Positions 48,650 through 64,000 of a stretch of DNA of 64,000 nucleotides are shown piece by piece; the stretch's first letter is position 1; the number at the start of each line of letters is the position of its first letter. Below the pieces are notes generated by a model, which saw only the letters and a program-made list of their open reading frames with translations, was not told the DNA's origin and made no database searches. The translations under genes and the position numbers were made by a program. Source of the DNA: the human T2T-CHM13v2.0 reference genome, Homo sapiens; the NCBI RefSeq assembly GCF_009914755.1, contig NC_060943.1, one strand, 5' to 3'.

Positions 48650-48985
48650 TTATGATTTCTCCCCCTATATTTGCGTGAAAATTCTAACCCTCAGAGTAAT
48701 GGTACTATGAGGTGGGGCATCATTAAGTCCTGAAGGTGGGGTCCTCATGATTGGGATTACTGGCTTTAAAAAAGATACCCCAGGGGGCTCTCTCCCTCCT
48801 TCTGCCAGATGATAAAACCCGAAGTGTGCAGTCTGCAATTCAGGAGAGTCATCACCAGAGCTCAGCCATGCTGACACCCTGATCCCACATTTCCAACCCC
48901 TACAAGTGTGAGAAATTAAGTTCTGTTGTTTATAAGCTTCCTAGTCCATGGTTCTTTGGTATGGCAGCCTGAACTGCGACAAAAA
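48650..48985 (+). mobile_element. MaLR (MLT1/MST) LTR fragment
   Basis: gtgagaaattaagttctgttgtttataagc...tatggcagcctgaact. Confidence 0.6.
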
Positions 48986-49244
48986 TGATACCCTATCATT
49001 CTGTACTCCATTGGACAGAAGCTGAATTTTTGTCCCCAAAGTGTTGAAACAAAACAAAACAAAACCTATGACTAAAATAAGTTGGGTTTTCCTAATGACA
49101 AGAAACAACTTGTTGAAACACTGAAATTTCCTTTGCTTAAGAGATTTTTTAAAAATGGGCTGAAGTTGGTTGGAACTAATATGGCCATCTGAAGCCTGTG
49201 AATAATAAGCTTGCTGATGTCAGGACCCAAATTATCATTGCATG

Positions 49245-49557
<313 letters not shown>

Positions 49558-51308
49558 TACACCATAATTTTTATATGTTTTGTCTTATATACACCTGATA
49601 AATTCCCTAGGAGGTAGATGCTAGCATAATCCCCACTGTGTATGGTAGGAGGCTGGGGAAGCCCGAAAATAGACAATGGCTTTTACTGAGTCACAGAAAT
49701 GGTAAGATAAACAAGGTTCTGACCCAGCTGTCTCTTCTATTATAAAACCAAGGCTGCATTTAGGTCTTCCCAGGGAATTAAGGGGAAGGTGTGATTTCAT
49801 AATTACATACAAATGGAGGCCTGACATGGGAGAGGAGGCTGAGTAATCAGTAGCCTGGCGGGGCCTCTGGATAGGTCTTATAGTAAGAAGGGGCCCAGTG
49901 GAAGGAACCTTGAAGAGTCTAACATACTTCCTTGGTGATGGAACCCAACAGAACTTAGGAAACCAGGACCCCACCTCCTAGAGACAACTCTGTATCCAGC
50001 TTCTTTGGTGAGAGATGCTCAAGAGAGTAACATGCTCTTCCATGGTATTCTTACATTTCTGAGTTTTAGCCTTACAAAGGCTCAAAGTAAAAGCCTTCTC
50101 CGATAATGCAGATGTCCACTTAGCCCTCATTTCTAATGAGGTGCACCCACAGATAACAGGGCAACCCAGAACAGATCCAGGCCAGTCCTCTCTTGTCGTT
50201 TCATCTAGACAGCCCCACACCACCCCCCACTGCCATGTATTGCAGGGGCATCAAGAGGTGAGGGCATTCTTCCTGGACAGAACCAGGTTGTCAAATGTTG
50301 AAACTCTTGTGGGTCTGTCATTTTCATACCCAGGTCATGGCTGGCAAAATGGGGACGAAGTTTATCTACTCAGATGTGAATCCCAAGACTTTAAGCTGTC
50401 CTCTGGTTTCCTTCCTGGCTGAAGATCTATGCAGATGTTCCTATGTGCCTGATCTGAAGAGCAAAACTTCAATAGAGGAGTCATCTATGGTAAAAACAAG
50501 GCAGGCAATCAATCTTTTTTAGCTTGGCTGCTGGGCACTGTTTACAGAGCCGCATTCAGATTAATGAGGAGCTGTTTGATGAGTCTAACTCCTCCATCTC
50601 TTTGGAAAAAGAGCAGGTGCCCTACACCACTAACCTTGGCCAGCACTGGGCTGTGGTGAGAGCAGGCACCTAGAGGTCTCTATAGCTAGGAACCTGAGAA
50701 GACCAGGACAGGCCCAGGTCCCAGACTGAAATATGGAAACTCTCTGACCTCTGTCCTAGGGCCTTCCCAGGAGTGACTCATAGTCCTGTTTCAATACAAT
50801 CTGGCCTTCATTCGTCCCAGTGGCAACTTGGTTAGGTGGAAAGTCTCTGTTCACATACTTGTAGAAATATTAGAGGAAAGGCTTTCATCTTGTTTTCACT
50901 TTACATCAAGCCATGAGCATTTTTGCATGTTGCTACAGTTTGTATTGTTTTAACTCCCCACCCCAGGCATCTCCTGTGGCATGCAGCTTCAGTCCTACAG
51001 AACTTCTCCAAAACTTAAAAGCCAACACTATGACTAGGGAAGTTTTTATGCAAAAATGGGGGAATGTGCTGTACCAAAAAAGGGGGTGAGACTACTTTAC
51101 GCATGTTCCTGCAATGTGTCATCTCAAGAACTGATCCCCATATCCCATCAGGGAAGGAGGTGTGCATGCACATGTCTTTATAATATTCCATAAGTGAGGC
51201 TCTTCCCCACCGTGGTTCAGTCTTTCAGTGCTGATGCAGCCTGGTATAACATCCTATTTCCATGTCAGTCATGCTGCAGGGAATATTGTGTGTGTGTACT
51301 AATAGGCT

Positions 51309-51622
51309 GTAATCGTTTGCTAGGACTGCCATAACACAGCATCACAGAATGAAGGGCCTTAAAAACAGCAATTTAGTTTCTTACAGTTCTGGAAATTAGA
51401 AATCTAACAGATGTTGGTGGAATGACTTCTCCAAGCCTCTCTCCTTGGCTTGTAGATGGCTGTCTTCTAACTCTGTGTTAACAGAATCTTCTCTTGTGCT
51501 TCTGTCTTTACTACCTCTTCTTATAAGAACCCATTATATTTAATTAGGTCCCATGCCAATGAACTCACAAGCTTAATTACCTCTTTAATGACCCTGTGTC
51601 CAAATACATTCACAATCTGAAG
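51309..51622 (-). mobile_element. MLT1-type MaLR LTR
   Basis: ttgctaggactgccataaca...cttacagttctgga...ctctccttggcttgtagatggctgtcttct...caaatacattcaca. Confidence 0.65.
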
Positions 51623-51732
51623 CAATGCTCTTTTTGCCTTTGTAAAGGAAGTTTGTCTGTGGCAAATGAATAAATGGCAGAATTTTACATCATGGGGTCA
51701 GTACAAAAAAGGGAGGTGTGCAGGGGATTTAG

Positions 51733-52080
<348 letters not shown>

Positions 52081-52631
52081 AATTCTTTTAGCCGATCTTT
52101 GTCCTTCACACAGACATAACAGAGGTCCCTGGGTGCTGAAAGACGGGCCTCAGGCCCACTTAGATATTTTGGAAGGCTGTGGTTAGGCTCCATTCACTAA
52201 ATACACGTATATTAAGCACTTAACTTGCGCAGTCCCTTTTGTAGCTGCTTGGCATAATTCAATGAAGAAAGCAGATAATCACAGGGCCTCAATTCTATCT
52301 GAAGAGTTAAACACAGTAAATATTAACAGGATGTCCACTGAATATTAAATGGTGATGTCCTCACGGCAATTTTAATCTCCTGGAGCCACCAACTCACTCC
52401 AATTGGAACACTAATTATGGAGTGTGTATTACACATGGTAGTGCTTTTCTGTGTTTGTTCACTTCATTTATGACTAAACAACACCATGTCTGATGTAGAG
52501 ACGTAAGAGTTGATAAAAAAAGAAACAAACACTACCATGACTGATGACATCTCCCTAGTGTTCACCTAAAGAAATTAACCCAATAAGATCAATAAACTCA
52601 ATGTTAATTATAAAAATTAAAAGAACAACAA

Positions 52632-52973
<342 letters not shown>

Positions 52974-53147
52974 TTAGAGTTCTCCAATTGAAAAAAAATG
53001 TACTAAATAAAATGTTACAACATATTTACTATGAAATTACATGTTCAAATTATTTTGCAAGCACCATTAAATTTTGTAAAAATTATTCCAATAATTCCCG
53101 AGCAGATTATATAAAGAATACTTTATAAACTTTGGAACAAGAAAACT

Positions 53148-53455
<308 letters not shown>

Positions 53456-54164
53456 TTAGGTCTACTATCAATACCAGGCAAATAAAACCTAGATTTACTT
53501 AAGGAGATTCTGAACTAGGAACCACAAGATTTTGAAAAAATGAATTCAATACAAATGGGAAAAATAGATTTGCTTTGAAATTGTTTGAGGTTTCCAGTTT
53601 GGTAGTAACTTATCAACACTTTAAAAATTACCAGTTTGTTCTAACATATTTTCTTTCTTCTCAAAATAGGTACACATCCACATTCAAATACAATTACTTG
53701 CTTCATAATTCCCTTACACTTTATCTTTAGAGTAACATATTTGTATATTAAACTTTCATGTAAGTGAAAACTTAAAGAGTCTATGTGTGTCTGGAAGGCC
53801 ACAGAGGTTGCATGTTCAAAGAAAAATGTGAGATAACATCTTCTACATACTCACTTAAGATTCAGAAATATATGGCTTTTGATTATATGCCTGTGTAATT
53901 TTCATAATAATCATCTTAATGACTCTATAATTAGAAGAAAAATAATAAAAATGTAACCTATGGAAACAATATTCTCCAACGTATTTGAAGTTTAAAGTCA
54001 CTAAGGATAAGAATCACTAGAGATGCCATTCCACTATATTACTGAATAGTATGTTGTTACCGTCTGTTACCTAGAGACTTGAGTAAGGTAAAATAGGTTA
54101 ATGTTGGTGGCAGGATAACACCTAATTCAATGCACAACTGTCTTAACACATTAAAAATAATTGT

Positions 54165-54170
54165 TTTATT
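54165..54170 (-). terminator. Candidate poly(A) signal AATAAA for ZNF682
   Basis: tttatt on the plus strand, about 1.56 kb past the stop codon. Confidence 0.55.
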
Positions 54171-54809
54171 GAAACTAAGTTCACACAGTCTAAGAAAAGC
54201 ATTACAAAATCCACTATACTATCTAATGTGCAATTGGTAAAACAATTTACTAAAATTTGAATAATGCACAAGACTATTACTCTGAACATCTATCTCATGC
54301 AGCACTTACAAGTTTTATAAGTCAACCACAAAAGTTTCTCTGTGTACTTTCTTCACACACCTCATATTTCAGTGTCCTCAATCTTCTGTTGAAAAGTATG
54401 TAAATGACATCCTAATATAGAACTTCTCAAACCCCGAGCAGCAGAAATTGACCACATGCTTTCATACAGACACTAGGAATAAAGACACAGCATCAAGTAA
54501 TTTGAGAGTTCAATTACATCAAAATTTGCCTTTGTAAAAATCTAAAATTCTTTCAATGCAAAAACAGTGTACTTTGAATATAATTGTTTAAGTCTCAAAA
54601 TATTAATCTCCTATTTCTGTTTAGGCTAACTAAATTATGTTAACCTTGAATTACTCTTTATAATCAATGCCCTGATTTAGAATAACATTGAAAGTGTTAG
54701 CGTCTTAGTGGTTTCTACTGTGAATCTTCTGATGTTCATTTAGACTTAATTTTTTATTAATTTTTTATATTTACTGCATCTGTTAAATGCTTTCATATAA
54801 ACTAGCGTT

Positions 54810-55089
54810 CTTTCTTTTTTTTTGAGACAGAGTCTCTGTCGCCCAGGTTGGAGTTCAGTGGCGCGATCTCGGCTCACTGCAAGCTCCGCCTCTCGGGTTC
54901 ACGCCATTCTCCTGCCTCAGCCTCTCCCAGTAGCTGGGACTACAGGCACCCGACAACATGCCCAGCTAATTTTTTGTATTTTTAGTAGAGACAGGGTTTC
55001 ATCGTGGTCTCGATCTCCTGACCTCGTGATCCGCCTGCCTCGGCCTCCCAAAGTGCTGGGATTATAAGTGTGAGCCACCGCGCCCGGCC
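54810..55089 (-). mobile_element. AluY in the ZNF682 3'UTR (sense to the gene)
   Basis: gcaagctccgcctc...cacgccattctcc; TSD taaactag(c/t)gtt. Confidence 0.9.
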
Positions 55090-55552
55090 TTAAACTAGTG
55101 TTTTCTAAGGTGTACTTTTTAAACAATTTTTTTCATATTCATTACAGTTGTAGGGTTTCTTTCCAATGTAAATTATCTAAAATGGAATAAAATTTGAGCA
55201 ACTGTTAGAGGGTTACCTTTCAGTATAAATTCTCCTATGTACAACAAAATCTGTAACATAAGTAAAAGTATTGCAACAATCTTTATATTTGTAATGTTTT
55301 TCTTCAGTATAAAAACTCTTGTGTACTCTAAGGCTTATATTTTTGAAGTCTTTCCATGTACAAATGTAATGTATCACTATCATTACACCTTGTGTACTCT
55401 AAGGCTTTTATTTGGTGACATCTTTCCACAGATAAATGTAATGTGTATCATTACACTTACATTGCTTTTATCTAGCACAAAACCTCTGATGAGTAAGTTC
55501 ATAGTAGTTATTAAATGCTTTGCCACATTCTTTAAAATCAGAATTTTTCTCA

Positions 55553-55657
<105 letters not shown>

Positions 55658-55731
55658 TCAATGCCTTGAGCAAGATTTATGGAATTTGCCACATTCTTTA
55701 CATTTGTAGGATTTCTCTTTAGTAAAAATTC

Positions 55732-57015
<1,284 letters not shown>

Positions 57016-57092
57016 TTAACAAAATATCCCACTTGTTATTTTCAGACTCAGATACATATACTTTACAAATCTAATACAGAAAATTAAGAAAA

Positions 57093-62620
<5,528 letters not shown>

Positions 62621-62639
62621 ATAAAAAGGGAGAAAAAGA

Positions 62640-64000
<1,361 letters not shown>

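Overview
Human/primate DNA from a ZNF91-subfamily KRAB zinc-finger cluster, most likely 19p12. The only intact coding sequence is the terminal C2H2 exon of ZNF682 (minus strand, 55732-57002). About three quarters of the rest is transposon-derived: roughly 30 Alus, several nested L1s, HERV-K solo LTRs (LTR5 x2, LTR13, LTR14A), MER61-type LTRs and a gamma-type env fragment. The main hidden structure is an old inverted duplication: left arm about 7740-20870, right arm about 34010-45483. Each arm carries a deleted class-III provirus (LTR66/HERVL66-like, tRNA-Ser PBS, dUTPase, gamma-type env TM) and nested L1s, with arm-specific later insertions and short near-identical tracts that suggest gene conversion. 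The about 13 kb spacer holds two gene fossils that the ORF track splits up: a short histone H2A variant (H2A.L/H2A.Q-like) pseudogene and a V1R vomeronasal receptor pseudogene. At the left is an orphan KRAB-ZNF promoter/exon 1 with mutated ATG, ETS and CCAAT elements, next to an LTR5 insertion. Repeat family names, the gene name and reference motifs come from recalled consensus sequences, not from a database search. Identities were counted by eye.
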